Assembly (NCBI GenBank): GCA_963674745.2
Contig: CAXXDV010000003.1
Location: 1,632,001 to 1,696,000, forward strand
DNA: 64,000 nt
From: Desulfosudaceae bacterium
GTDB lineage: Bacteria; Desulfobacterota; Desulfobacteria; Desulfobacterales; Desulfosudaceae
Direction of reading: 5' to 3'
The position numbers and the translations under genes are program-made. The stretch's first letter is position 1, and the number at the start of each line of letters is the position of its first letter. Shown here piece after piece: positions 29,693 to 41,571 of the stretch. Below the pieces are notes generated by a model that was given only the letters and a program-made list of their open reading frames with translations, did no database searches and was not told where the DNA came from.

Positions 29693-30793
29693 ATGAAGGA
29701 CGGAAAACGTAGAATTCTCATCGTGGACGACATGCCGTCCAACATAAAAATATTGAATGATATCCTCCGCGAGGATTACGCCGTCAGTGTCGCCACCACC
29801 GGGGCCGAGGCCCTCGAGGTCGTCCGGGGTTCGGCCCGTCCGGACCTGATTCTGCTGGACATCATGATGCCCGAAATGGACGGATACGAGGTCTGCCGCC
29901 GCCTCAAGGCAGATCCGGATACCCATGCCATTCCCATTCTGTTTGTAACGGCCATGGGAGACGTGGAGGATGAAACCCGGGGACTGGAACTGGGCGGCGT
30001 GGACTATATCACCAAGCCGGTTTCTCCGCCGATTGTCCGTGCCCGGGTCAACAACCACATCCGTCTCAAGCTCCATCAGGACCACCTGGAAGAACTGGTC
30101 TGGTCCCGCACCCGGGAACTGGCGGTCACCCAGGACGCCACCATCAGAAGCCTGGCCTCACTGGCGGAAACCCGGGACAATGAGACCGGCGGACACATCC
30201 TGCGCACCCAGCGCTATGTTCGGGCTCTGGCCGATCATCTTCGTTACCGGGGACAATTTCTTGACCGCCTGGACGACCGCTACATAGATCTCCTGTTTAA
30301 ATCCGCCCCCCTCCACGACGTAGGCAAGGTGGGTGTACCCGACGCTATCCTGCTGAAACCCGGCAAGCTCACCGATGAAGAATTCACGACCATGAAAAAA
30401 CACACCACACTGGGCAGGGATGCCATCCGGCGCGCGGAAGACCGGCTGGAAGGAGACACCGGGGCTTCCTTTTTACGCCTGGCACGGGAGATCGCTTACA
30501 CCCACCACGAGAAATGGGATGGGTCCGGATACCCTGAAGGGCTGGCCGGACAAAAAATTCCGGTGTCGGGCCGGCTCATGGCCGTGGCCGATGTTTATGA
30601 CGCACTGGTAACCCGACGCATTTACAAGCCGGCTTTTCCCCATAAACAGGCCGTGGAAATCATCCGGGACGGCCTTGGCAGGCATTTCGACCCGGACATG
30701 TGCCTGGCGTTTCTGGAAATTGAGGAAACCTTCAGAGACATCGCCATGGAATTCATTGACTGTGAAGAAGACCGCGTTGCCCTTGTTTCATAA
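29693..30793 (+). CDS. Response regulator with HD-GYP c-di-GMP phosphodiesterase domain (RpfG-like)
   Basis: REC (DIMMP) + HDVGK, HHEKWDGSGYP and ADVYDAL..R.YK; starts 2 nt after the kinase stop. Confidence 0.96.
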   Translation: MKDGKRRILIVDDMPSNIKILNDILREDYAVSVATTGAEALEVVRGSARPDLILLDIMMPEMDGYEVCRRLKADPDTHAIPILFVTAMGDVEDETRGLELGGVDYITKPVSPPIVRARVNNHIRLKLHQDHLEELVWSRTRELAVTQDATIRSLASLAETRDNETGGHILRTQRYVRALADHLRYRGQFLDRLDDRYIDLLFKSAPLHDVGKVGVPDAILLKPGKLTDEEFTTMKKHTTLGRDAIRRAEDRLEGDTGASFLRLAREIAYTHHEKWDGSGYPEGLAGQKIPVSGRLMAVADVYDALVTRRIYKPAFPHKQAVEIIRDGLGRHFDPDMCLAFLEIEETFRDIAMEFIDCEEDRVALVS

Positions 30794-30883
30794 GAAGACG
30801 GTGTTAACCGACCTGAAAGGGTCATGGCGCTAAAAAAGTTCGCCTGTTCCCTACCGCTTTATTCCGGACAATCGTGAGCCGGG

Positions 30884-31603
30884 CTATTCATTCCAGACAA
30901 TAACGCTTTTTTCATAATCAATGGTGAATTTGAACCGCCGAAGAAAGTCCAGGCCCAGCAAACCGTCGAACGGCGATTCATCCCCTGAGTAAGTCAAAAC
31001 GGTAATCCTGGGTTCCAGGACAGTTTTTGATCCGACCGTAAGAAACTTGATGGGAAGGTGACGGGCCTTGACTTTGGCCCCGCCGGCGACAATCAGTTTC
31101 CCCCGCCGGCCGCCGCTGATACCCAGGCGCTCCGCAATATCGTCATGAATGATGGTCATATTCGCGCCGGTGTCCAGAAGCAGGTTAGCCACTACGGTCT
31201 TATTGCGATAGCCAAGGGACACGGGAACCAGGATCTGGTTGTTTCCGGTGATGTCAACTGGCGTTGTATTCTCTTCAAATTCTTTCTTTTCTCTGGCTTT
31301 TTCTTTTTCCAGCTGCCGGAGGTGCAGCTTTTGAATGTATTTTTCCCATTCCTGGTTTTTCTGTTTTTCGATTTCCTCCAGCCTGGCCGCTTCAGCCTCT
31401 ATCATGCGTTGTCGTTCTTCTTCCGAAAGATCATCGTAACGTTCTTTATGGATTTTTACATCATCTACCTGCGATGGGGGAATGGCGCCCTGTTTGTTCG
31501 TAAAGGTTTTCACCCCGTTTTCATCGACATATTCATAGAACTCGCTTCCGGCGGAAAGGGGAAAAAGAACAAGGCATAAAACGCAAATTAGAAAATTCTT
31601 CAT
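30884..31603 (-). CDS. Secreted DUF4124 + retropepsin-like aspartyl protease
   Basis: Signal peptide; FYEYVDENGVKTFTN; LLDTGA; DGLLGLDFL. Confidence 0.9.
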   Translation of the reverse strand: MKNFLICVLCLVLFPLSAGSEFYEYVDENGVKTFTNKQGAIPPSQVDDVKIHKERYDDLSEEERQRMIEAEAARLEEIEKQKNQEWEKYIQKLHLRQLEKEKAREKKEFEENTTPVDITGNNQILVPVSLGYRNKTVVANLLLDTGANMTIIHDDIAERLGISGGRRGKLIVAGGAKVKARHLPIKFLTVGSKTVLEPRITVLTYSGDESPFDGLLGLDFLRRFKFTIDYEKSVIVWNE

Positions 31604-31675
31604 GGCGGATAGATCACCGGCAAAAAAATTAAGGTCCTGGCGCAGGACTGAAAACGTAAGATTATTATTAATTAT

Positions 31676-31957
31676 GGCTCTCCTCCAATTTAGTGGGCAC
31701 AGGGTTCAAGGATTCAAGGGGTCGAGGGTTCAAGTGTTTGTTGTTGATAAATCTTTTTTTTAAAAGGATTGAATCGCCAATGAAAAACGTTCTGGTTTCA
31801 ACTTGTCAACCAGACACTGAAAAACTCGTCAAGCACCTGTTTATAAAAGCGGTTCTTCACCCCTCGACCCCTTGAAACCCTTGACGCCTTCTAAAAAACC
31901 AAAGGATTAACTGAACATTATACAATTTGTATACTATCACTAATCGGGAGATGAACC
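31676..31957. mobile_element. Putative non-autonomous MITE-like element (~282 bp)
   Basis: Imperfect 20-bp terminal IRs (GGCTCTCCTCCAATTTAGTG vs GGTTCATCTCCCGATTAGTG, 14/20); flanking near-identical 8-bp direct repeats TTAATTAT/TTAAATAT; internal perfect 16-bp IR at 31713-31728 and 31861-31876. Confidence 0.55.
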
Positions 31958-32178
31958 TTAAATATAATATATAATAACGGCCAGACGGTCCGGCGTCAAG
32001 ATTCTAAGCCATCGACTATCGGGACAATTGCCAATGGACAGAACCGGTAAAAAGAAAAAATGGCCTTTTCAGTCTTATTCCATGCTGGTTTTAATGTACG
32101 TTTTTTATACCAAAATGTTATACTGGTTTCATTCCATTCTTTAATAAAATAATCAACCGCACGTTTTTAGGAAAAGCC

Positions 32179-33552
32179 ATGAAAAATTATGACGTCGTGG
32201 TAATCGGGGCCGGTACCGGGGGGCAGACCGCCGCCCATGATCTTGCGTCCAAAGGCCTTTCCGTGGCCGTGGCGGATCAAAGTGACCGGCCGGGCGGAAT
32301 CTGCGCCCTGGCCGGTTGTCAGGCCAAAAAATACTTTTACGAAGTGACCGAAATCATGGCCCGATCACGACACCTGGCGAAAAAGGGTGTTGCGGAACCG
32401 CCCCGGGCTGACTGGGGCGCCGTCCAGGCGCATAAACGTCAATTCACCGACGGCGTTCCGGAACGCGCCCGTCAGCAGCTCAAGGCGGCCGGCATCACCT
32501 TTTTCCAGGAACCGGCCGTTTTCACGGACGATGCCACCCTGCGGATCGGAGACCGTCCCGTTCAGGCCCGCTATTACGTGATTGCCACCGGTGCCCGGCC
32601 CATGGATTTGCCTTTTGCGGGCAATCAGTACCTGACGACCAGCGATATGTTTCTGGACCTGGCGCAGCTGCCGGAGCGCCTGGTTTTTGTCGGCGGCGGA
32701 TTTATCAGCTTTGAATTTGCCCATTTCGCCGCCCGGCTGGGCGGACCGGCAACCGCAATTACCGTTCTGGAAGCGGCCGAGCGTCCCCTGGGGCCATTTG
32801 ACGCCGAGATGGTCGAGCTGCTCTGCAAGGCTTCGGCTGAAGAAGGGATCACCATCCGCACCGGCGTACGCATCGCTTCCGTGGAACAGGTCGGGCCTGA
32901 GTTTACAGTGCATCTGGCATCAAAAGAAACCATAACGGCCGATATGGTAATTCACGGGGCCGGACGGGCACCCCGTATCGAGGGGCTCAACCTGGAGGCC
33001 GCCGGTATCAAGTCCTCCCGCAGGGGGATTGAAGTGGATGCGTTCATGCGCACGACCAACCCCCGGGTATTTGCCGTGGGCGACTGCGCCGCTACCATTC
33101 AACTGGCCCGGGTGGCCGACGCCGAAGCCCACACGGCTGCAGCCGCTATTTCCAATGAACTGGACGCTGCCGGGTCATCCCTTCCCATTGATTATACCGC
33201 CACACCGTTTCTGCTGTTTACCTACCCCCAGTACGGCATGGTCGGCAGGACCGAGGCCGATCTGAAAGCGGCCGGTATTCAATACTACAAAAGTCATGAT
33301 CGGAATCTGGGTTTTCCCACCTACCGCAGGGTGGGCATGAAGCATGCGGCCTACAAGCTTCTGGTGGACAACACCAACCGCCTTCTGGGCGCCCATATCC
33401 TTTCCGACAACGCCGCCGGAATCATCAATGCCATTCACCTGGCCGTGGAAAACGATATTCCCGCAGACGCCCTTTACCGGCAGCACATCATGAGCCCCTA
33501 TCCCTCCCGGGAAAGCGACCTGCTGTATATGCTGGCCCCGTTCGTGGAATAA
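32179..33552 (+). CDS. Pyridine nucleotide-disulfide oxidoreductase (glutathione reductase/dihydrolipoamide dehydrogenase family)
   Basis: GAGTGG, GGICALAGCQAKK (redox-active CxxxxC), ATGARP, GGGFI and VFAVGD. Confidence 0.93.
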   Translation: MKNYDVVVIGAGTGGQTAAHDLASKGLSVAVADQSDRPGGICALAGCQAKKYFYEVTEIMARSRHLAKKGVAEPPRADWGAVQAHKRQFTDGVPERARQQLKAAGITFFQEPAVFTDDATLRIGDRPVQARYYVIATGARPMDLPFAGNQYLTTSDMFLDLAQLPERLVFVGGGFISFEFAHFAARLGGPATAITVLEAAERPLGPFDAEMVELLCKASAEEGITIRTGVRIASVEQVGPEFTVHLASKETITADMVIHGAGRAPRIEGLNLEAAGIKSSRRGIEVDAFMRTTNPRVFAVGDCAATIQLARVADAEAHTAAAAISNELDAAGSSLPIDYTATPFLLFTYPQYGMVGRTEADLKAAGIQYYKSHDRNLGFPTYRRVGMKHAAYKLLVDNTNRLLGAHILSDNAAGIINAIHLAVENDIPADALYRQHIMSPYPSRESDLLYMLAPFVE

Positions 33553-33641
33553 GGACAAGCTATCTCAAAAACATTGACATCTGTCGACAAGACTATGGAT
33601 AATAACCTGTTAACGTTTTTTTATTTCAGATGTGAATTGTT

Positions 33642-34430
33642 GTGGATAACGATAATTTCAAAATTCATCAGGTTGCCGGTCGGATAGCCCTTATCACGAT
33701 CATTGAATACCCGGATAAAATACTGATCTTTGATACCGGATCAAAAAAAGACTACAAGCTGGTTGAAACCTTTTTTTTAAATGACCTCAAGCGGGAGATG
33801 GCTGATGTCAAGCTCATTGCCGTCTCGCATGTCCACCCGGACCATTCAGCCGGTGTCTTCGCCTTCAGGAAAAAATTTAACCATGTTATTGCCGGCCATC
33901 CGGATATCGATAAATGGTACCGGGGCTTTTTCGGGCGAATGCAGCAGATAGCCGATGTCTTCTTTTCTCATATTGCCGCCACCCAGGCCGGGGTGCCGAC
34001 CAGAAGGTTCTGGTTTAGAGGAAAGACAAGGCCGGATTTCTTACTAAAAGACAATGCCCCCCTGCCCTTTTTCGAAGACTGGCAGGCGCTTCATACCCCC
34101 GGTCATACGTCAAATGACATGGTCTTTTATCACGCCCGATCGAAGACCCTTTATGTCGGTGACCTTCTGGTCAAAATAAACGGCAAATACCACCTGCCTT
34201 ACGGCCTGCCGCTACCCGACCTGATGAAAACCTCTCTGGAAAAAGTTTCCGCCTTGGAAATCAAGACATTGCTCTTACCTCATGGGGGAATTGACCCCGT
34301 TTCTGACATCAAGGCAATCACACAGCCGCTGTTTTCGGAAATCGATCAGCGGCCCGGGTTTCCGGTGGGCCTGCTGATGCCGTTAACAAGGCTTTCATCT
34401 GAGATCAGAAGACGAAAAGCAAAACGTTAA
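33642..34430 (+). CDS. MBL-fold metallo-hydrolase
   Basis: FDTG, SHVHPDH, HTPGHT, VGD and PHG. Confidence 0.92.
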   Translation: MDNDNFKIHQVAGRIALITIIEYPDKILIFDTGSKKDYKLVETFFLNDLKREMADVKLIAVSHVHPDHSAGVFAFRKKFNHVIAGHPDIDKWYRGFFGRMQQIADVFFSHIAATQAGVPTRRFWFRGKTRPDFLLKDNAPLPFFEDWQALHTPGHTSNDMVFYHARSKTLYVGDLLVKINGKYHLPYGLPLPDLMKTSLEKVSALEIKTLLLPHGGIDPVSDIKAITQPLFSEIDQRPGFPVGLLMPLTRLSSEIRRRKAKR

Positions 34431-34442
34431 GGAGGTTGTCTT

Positions 34443-35180
34443 ATGAAAAACACCGTTCTTTTCCCCTTATTTCCGGTATTTGTTTTTTTCGTCCTTATAT
34501 CCGGTTTCAATACCGCCTTGGCCCAGGATGAAACAACCCTCTGGTATGCCGGTGTCTTCGGGGGATATGCGCTGAATCCCGAGGCATCCTGGGAAGACGA
34601 CGAAAATGTCACATATGATCTGGATATTGAAAAGACATATGTTTTCGGCGCAAAATTCGGCGTCAGTTTTCTGCCGACGGACTATTTCTCCTGTGAATTT
34701 GAATACAGTTATTTCAACCCCGATGTGGACCGGGCAATATTGGCCAGGGCCGGAGACGATTATTCCGCCATTGAAGGCGAAGTGAAGTTTCACAATTTCA
34801 TGATTAATCTGATCGCCAGATACCCGGCCCCCAGAATACGCCCATACCTGGGCCTGGGACTTGGGGGTTCGTGTTTTGATCTTTCGGTAACATCAACTCA
34901 AAGCATAGACGGCATTGTCTATAGCGGCAGAAATTCCGCTGATGACGCGGTCTTTGCGTGGCAGCTGCTGTTCGGCATTGACATTGACTTAACCGATACC
35001 CTGTCGCTGGATATCGGCTACCGTTACTTCGACGCCTCGTCACTGGATGACGATTATCACTATGACGTTTACTGTTATAACGGTGATTGTCACATTTATG
35101 GAGACAATAATTATGATGATGATGCCACTTTTGATTATAATACGGGCATGTTCACCATAGGATTCAGGCAGCGGTTTTAA
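34443..35180 (+). CDS. Outer-membrane beta-barrel protein (Opa/OmpW/porin-like)
   Basis: Signal peptide; IRPYLGLGLG, FAWQLLFG, LSLDIGYRYF and C-terminal Phe. Confidence 0.88.
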   Translation: MKNTVLFPLFPVFVFFVLISGFNTALAQDETTLWYAGVFGGYALNPEASWEDDENVTYDLDIEKTYVFGAKFGVSFLPTDYFSCEFEYSYFNPDVDRAILARAGDDYSAIEGEVKFHNFMINLIARYPAPRIRPYLGLGLGGSCFDLSVTSTQSIDGIVYSGRNSADDAVFAWQLLFGIDIDLTDTLSLDIGYRYFDASSLDDDYHYDVYCYNGDCHIYGDNNYDDDATFDYNTGMFTIGFRQRF

Positions 35181-35399
35181 GGGCAAACTTTTTCATCATG
35201 CGATGCGACCGGCAGCATATTGACACATAATATCGGCCTTGCTATATGTAGGAGACACTAAGCGTCTTCTTATCCTATTCCTGACATTCGATCGGCCTTT
35301 ATAATACTGTGTAAAAATCAGCTGTCTGTTATGGGGGGCTCGGCCGACTCATGGTGTCCGACCTGGCATAAAAGATATCTTCAACAAAGGAGGCTTTTT

Positions 35400-35990
35400 A
35401 TGAAGCGCTTTATAGAGACCTTTACTGTCTTTCTGGTTGTCCTGCTGGTCACATCGACTGCTTTCGGCAAAGAGACAACGCCGTCAGCACGGAATGTCGC
35501 ACCCGGCGGTGAGATGCCGAAAGTGACAACAAAGGGGGTTAAGCCGGCCCATCCCCTGCCCTTCCAGGTAACGTCAGTGGAATTCCATGAGATGTCTCAG
35601 AACAACCTGAGCTTTCTGGCGGTAGGGATATATTTCAACAAGGATGTCGACCCGGCTTCGGTTCAGCAAAACGTCAATATCAGGCTCCTTAAAAAGGATG
35701 AGAACCATTTCTGGCGTGATGCCTCGACCCAGAACAACAATGTGCGGGTTGTGCAGCATGTAATCACATGGGCCTCGGGGGCGCCTCTGGAAAACGGCTA
35801 TTATGTCATGCACCTCCGGGGTACGCTCAAGAGCAAGGACGGTCTTTTCCTTGATTGTAACGGTGACGGCCAGGGTGAAGGCGGCGCCCTTCCGCCCTAT
35901 GAGTCGGCGATCTACCAGGTAAACATCCCGGAACCCGGAATGCTTGATCCCAGAGAGATCGAAGGGCTCAGAGATCAAATAGGGCCATAG
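35400..35990 (+). CDS. Secreted protein with an Ig-like (Big_5-like) domain
   Basis: SD AAGGAGG; signal peptide; IYFNKDVDPASV..Y.MHL.GTLKS.DG..LD.NGDG. Confidence 0.7.
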   Translation: MKRFIETFTVFLVVLLVTSTAFGKETTPSARNVAPGGEMPKVTTKGVKPAHPLPFQVTSVEFHEMSQNNLSFLAVGIYFNKDVDPASVQQNVNIRLLKKDENHFWRDASTQNNNVRVVQHVITWASGAPLENGYYVMHLRGTLKSKDGLFLDCNGDGQGEGGALPPYESAIYQVNIPEPGMLDPREIEGLRDQIGP

Positions 35991-36020
35991 AACGCCTGTG
36001 GAACCGGCCGGCCTTTTGAT

Positions 36021-36431
36021 TTAACGCGGATATTTCGCCAATCGTTTTTTACACGCCAGAAAAAAATCCGAGACCGGATTTTCCATTCCCTTAACGAATC
36101 GCCGCTCGATTATTTCGATCGGGTAAACGACTTCATCCCCGACCGTCACGCCCAGACCGTGAGAGGTTTTCACCCAGGCACCATCCAGGACGACACACAT
36201 GGCCTCTCCCAGATAACACCCCCATAACTCGTATCGATAAGCATCCTTTTCCGGATCACCTTCCGGTCCGTCCGGCCAGGCGATATTGATAATCCGATCC
36301 ATCCCCAGGATGGAAACCTCATCCAGTAGAAGTTCGATATTCATGATATACCGGGCCGACTCGCGGCAAATGGCCGCGGCTTCCTTGATATTCAGGACCT
36401 CCTGGCGTGATGGTTTTGGATGCATGGTCAT
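36021..36431 (-). CDS. Hypothetical protein (DUF3806-like)
   Basis: Pattern WGCYLGE....GAW......V.P...I..RF. Confidence 0.6.
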   Translation of the reverse strand: MTMHPKPSRQEVLNIKEAAAICRESARYIMNIELLLDEVSILGMDRIINIAWPDGPEGDPEKDAYRYELWGCYLGEAMCVVLDGAWVKTSHGLGVTVGDEVVYPIEIIERRFVKGMENPVSDFFLACKKRLAKYPR

Positions 36432-36634
36432 GTCTCGATTTTCGTTTTGAATTTGATCATATCATCCCTGATTTTAAATACAACAGGTCTGAAAGTCACC
36501 GAATAATCAGACGTTGAGTGCCCTTTTTATCCCCTGACATGGGTTTTGAAAAGCGAAAGACGATCGATATCCTTATATTTATCAATTTTAATCGGACAGT
36601 TATCTTATAATGAACCAAAACAGAAAATTATCTC

Positions 36635-36693
36635 TTGACATGTTATATTTTTACCCTTAAAATCAAATCAATAAATCAAGATAAGTTGATATA
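36635..36693 (+). promoter_or_regulatory. Sigma70 promoter plus SahR-type operator
   Basis: TTGACA(36635)-17 bp-TAAAAT(36658); palindrome TAAATCAA-GATAAG-TTGATATA (36672-36693), i.e. ATCAA-N6-TTGAT, just before the start codon. Confidence 0.8.
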
Positions 36694-36698
36694 TAGAT

Positions 36699-37619
36699 AT
36701 GGATGAATTGAAATACTTTAAGGCATTGTCGGACGAAACCCGTCTCCGGCTGATCAACATTCTGATACATCATGAGTTGAAAGTCGGGGAACTGGTGTCG
36801 ATCATGCAGATGGGTCAGTCACGGATATCCCGGCATCTTAAAATAATGGCTGAAGCGGGCCTGATCGATCACTTGAGAGAAGGCGTCTGGAGTCTTTATT
36901 TTATCGTTAAAAACGGTCGCGCACGACAGTTTATCGATTCAATCAGCTTTCTGTTTGAGGGCAATCCGGTGATGGAAAAAGACCTGGCGCGGGCGACCCG
37001 GACGGTTGAGGACCGGGCACAAAATACCCGCCGCTTTTTTAATACCATGGCCGACAGCTGGGATCGCTTAAAGCAACAGATCATCGGCGATTTTGACTTG
37101 AACCGGGCCATCTTCAGCGACCTCGGCAACTACGATGTAGCCGTTGACCTGGGCTGCGGCACGGGCGACCTGCTGGAAGACCTTCAGGCGCATGCCGCCA
37201 AAGTGATCGGTGTGGACAGCGCCCCGGGGATGCTGGAAGAAGCGCGAAAACGATTCGCAAATCGTAATCACGGCATTGACATCCGTCTGGGAGAGATCGA
37301 ACATCTCCCGCTGGGTGACAATGAGGCGGACCTGGCCGTCATATCCCTGGTGTTGCAGTACCTCACCCGGCCGGAAACAGCCATCGCCGAGGTGAGCCGG
37401 GTTTTACGATCGGGTGGTGACTTTATCCTGGCGGACTTTGAACAGCATGCCAATACGGCCCTCCGGGAAACATACGGGGCCTGCTGGCTTGGATTCGACC
37501 CCCAGGAAATCGCCCGCTGGCTCACACAAAACAGCTTTGATTTAATAACCAGAAACCGCTATCCGCTGGAGCAGGGACTGACACTTGTCGTCTACCACAG
37601 CCGGCACCGCGTTTCTTAA
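36699..37619 (+). CDS. sahR: ArsR-family HTH + SAM-methyltransferase-fold regulator (SahR)
   Basis: FKALSDETRLR..QSRISRHLK.. HTH fused to VDLGCGTG..GVD..PGML; directly upstream of ahcY. Confidence 0.88.
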   Translation: MDELKYFKALSDETRLRLINILIHHELKVGELVSIMQMGQSRISRHLKIMAEAGLIDHLREGVWSLYFIVKNGRARQFIDSISFLFEGNPVMEKDLARATRTVEDRAQNTRRFFNTMADSWDRLKQQIIGDFDLNRAIFSDLGNYDVAVDLGCGTGDLLEDLQAHAAKVIGVDSAPGMLEEARKRFANRNHGIDIRLGEIEHLPLGDNEADLAVISLVLQYLTRPETAIAEVSRVLRSGGDFILADFEQHANTALRETYGACWLGFDPQEIARWLTQNSFDLITRNRYPLEQGLTLVVYHSRHRVS

Positions 37620-37628
37620 ACCTTGTAA

Positions 37629-39089
<1,461 letters not shown>

Positions 39090-39116
39090 TCCGGTTTACC
39101 AATCATCACCGCACGC

Positions 39117-39151
39117 AACGGCGAAAGAGGCAACTCTTTCGCCGTTTTTTT
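39117..39151 (+). terminator. Rho-independent terminator after ahcY
   Basis: AACGGCGAAAGAG-GCAA-CTCTTTCGCCGTT followed by a T-run. Confidence 0.9.
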
Positions 39152-39395
39152 ATGATTGTCATGCCTTTATTTTTGTCTTTATCTTATAACTGCCTCTCAT
39201 CTGATAAAGACGGGAAAAACATTGACGCACAAGCACGGCCCTGCTAAATTTTCTGATGATACTTTCTTATTTACGAATTGGACAAAGGCCCTGAATCGAT
39301 TTGCAGACCCTTTTGGCGATCACGCATCTGTCCCTGCCAACCATACTAGAATATCAGATTACCCCTCTAACTCAAAAATACGGGAATGACAACTT

Positions 39396-41504
39396 GTGGC
39401 TAACCAATTGAAAATCCGGACTCCCAAGCTTAACCTGCTGTTATGGAGCCTGATGGGCATATTTTCCCAACTTGCTTTTGTCAGGATGTTTACCACCTTT
39501 GCCGGAGGTACGGCTTATTACGGAAACATGTTTTTATTAGTAGGGATTATTTCTTTGGCCGGTGGGTTCTTCGCCCCCAGGTTATCCCGGCACCTGGTGT
39601 TGCTGCCCTATTTTATCCTGATTGCCTTTCTGTCCACATTATGGATCAGCACGTTTAACCTGATCCCCCACATTTCCGGCGAATTTTTGTGGTCGACCAT
39701 AGCCAATGTTTATCCCCGACCGGCCGACTTTGATCTTCAACTGGCCATTATCATCCTTTCTTTGACAATCATTCCGGTACTGGTCTTAATCGGCAGCCAG
39801 CAGGCATATTATCTCCTCTCCTTCTCTCAAGGATTTGTCGGATACCTGGTGATGGCCCTTGGCGGTGTTATCGGCGCCGTTCTTTTCTCGCTGCAAAACC
39901 AGTTTCTACCAGCCTTTACCTGGCTGGTGTTCTTCTGGGTGGGCATCCTTTTGCTGCTGCTGATACAGGCAAAAAACAGCCTGTTCCAGAAACTGATTTA
40001 TATCAGCCCGTTAATTTTTTTCCTTGTTCTCGGAGTACTCGTATCCTCCTATCATTACTGGAGCCCTTACCAGCGGATTGATCTGGTTAACGCCAAAGAT
40101 AATAACCAGATTCACATTCTGGCTAACGGGTTTTTTCTTTCATCTGTTTCCACGGAACACATAGCAGAAAGCCCTCGGAAAAATCGCATACTTCAATCCA
40201 AGGTCTTTAAATGTATCGGCCCTGAAGATGAGGTTTTAGTCCTGGGTTCATGTGGCGGCACCAATGATGTCAGGGAAGCGCTGTACGCGGGAGCAAAAAA
40301 AGTAACCGCCGTAGAAATCGACCCCTGTTTTGTTCAAATCGGTAACACGATTGATCCTGACAAGTCATACCGGAATTCGCGGGTCAAAACGGTGATCGGC
40401 GATGCCCGCCGGTTTTTACTGACCGATGACGGGAAATACGACACCATCTATATGGCTTTTTTAGATTCACAGACCAATGCCTCCAACAAGGCCCGGTTCA
40501 GGCTGGACAGCTTTCTTTATACCAGCGAAGGAATAGATCTGGTGTTGTCTCATTTAAAAGCGGATGGCCTTTTGTATATCAACTTTGCCACCGGCACTTT
40601 TTGGATCAGAAACAGGATTTTCCAACTTTTAGAAAATTCCAGCAAAAATATCGTCCGGGTTTTTCAAAGACAATCCGGTATTCAGACACTATACGTGGTT
40701 TCCAAACAGAATCTTGACCTGGATTACCTCAAAGACATTTACAATGAAACCACATCCCGGTTCAAAGCCTCAAAACGGTCTTTGATTCCCACCGATGACT
40801 GGCCGTTCTTATATTGCCAGCATAAACGCATTCCGCAGGAGCATTTCAGGCTGCTGGTCATCATGTTTATACTGATGGCAGCCATTCTCAGTATTTGTCA
40901 GAATATCGAAGGCGCTGATAAGGCCGTCTCATCCCAAACAAAAGCGGCTCCGATGCTGCTGGCATACGCCTTTTTCTCCGGAGCCGCATTTTTCTTCATC
41001 GAGTTGCGGACGATTTCGGCATTGACACCCATTCTTGGTTCTTCCTATCTCAGCCAGGCGATGGTAATCATAGCGGTAATCATCTCGTCTTTTCTGGGGA
41101 ACCTGTCCGCTTCCTTCAAGCTGAAGCCGAACATCACCGCTGTCTGGCTGTTGCTGTTTGTCAGCCTGGCGCTGGTATTTCAGGCCACCGGGCTGTTCCA
41201 CCCGTTAAAAGGAAACATTCTGCCGTCTGTCGGCTTATATGTAATTGTGTTTATCCTGCCGACCTTTATCGCGGGCCATCTTTATCTGCATTACCTGCTC
41301 GGTCACAGTGCCGGCACTGTCCTGAACATGCAGAAATGGAATTTCTTCGGCGGGGCGCTGGGTGGTCTGGGAGAAGTAACCGCCATATATTTTGGTTTTC
41401 AGCGTTCGCTCTGGATTATCGTAACCCTTTACCTGCTGTCATTGATTTCGATCACTATTTTTATCCGCAACCGGAAAAAAACAACCCGTCCGATCCCGTT
41501 ATGA
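39396..41504 (+). CDS. Polytopic membrane protein with a central spermidine-synthase-like SAM-dependent domain
   Basis: TM blocks at both ends; WSPYQRI, VLVLGSCGGTND, VTAVEIDP, GDARRFL, YDTIY and PTDDWPFLY. Confidence 0.82.
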   Translation: MANQLKIRTPKLNLLLWSLMGIFSQLAFVRMFTTFAGGTAYYGNMFLLVGIISLAGGFFAPRLSRHLVLLPYFILIAFLSTLWISTFNLIPHISGEFLWSTIANVYPRPADFDLQLAIIILSLTIIPVLVLIGSQQAYYLLSFSQGFVGYLVMALGGVIGAVLFSLQNQFLPAFTWLVFFWVGILLLLLIQAKNSLFQKLIYISPLIFFLVLGVLVSSYHYWSPYQRIDLVNAKDNNQIHILANGFFLSSVSTEHIAESPRKNRILQSKVFKCIGPEDEVLVLGSCGGTNDVREALYAGAKKVTAVEIDPCFVQIGNTIDPDKSYRNSRVKTVIGDARRFLLTDDGKYDTIYMAFLDSQTNASNKARFRLDSFLYTSEGIDLVLSHLKADGLLYINFATGTFWIRNRIFQLLENSSKNIVRVFQRQSGIQTLYVVSKQNLDLDYLKDIYNETTSRFKASKRSLIPTDDWPFLYCQHKRIPQEHFRLLVIMFILMAAILSICQNIEGADKAVSSQTKAAPMLLAYAFFSGAAFFFIELRTISALTPILGSSYLSQAMVIIAVIISSFLGNLSASFKLKPNITAVWLLLFVSLALVFQATGLFHPLKGNILPSVGLYVIVFILPTFIAGHLYLHYLLGHSAGTVLNMQKWNFFGGALGGLGEVTAIYFGFQRSLWIIVTLYLLSLISITIFIRNRKKTTRPIPL

Positions 41505-41571
41505 TCCAAATCACCTTTGCACCGGGAGAAGAAGTGTGGAAACGATTTAATTTAAAACGATAGAGGACAAC

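Noticed and set aside
35255..35395. Possible riboswitch in the leader of the Ig-like protein gene
   Set aside because: I could not match conserved c-di-GMP, SAM, TPP or cobalamin aptamer motifs by eye.
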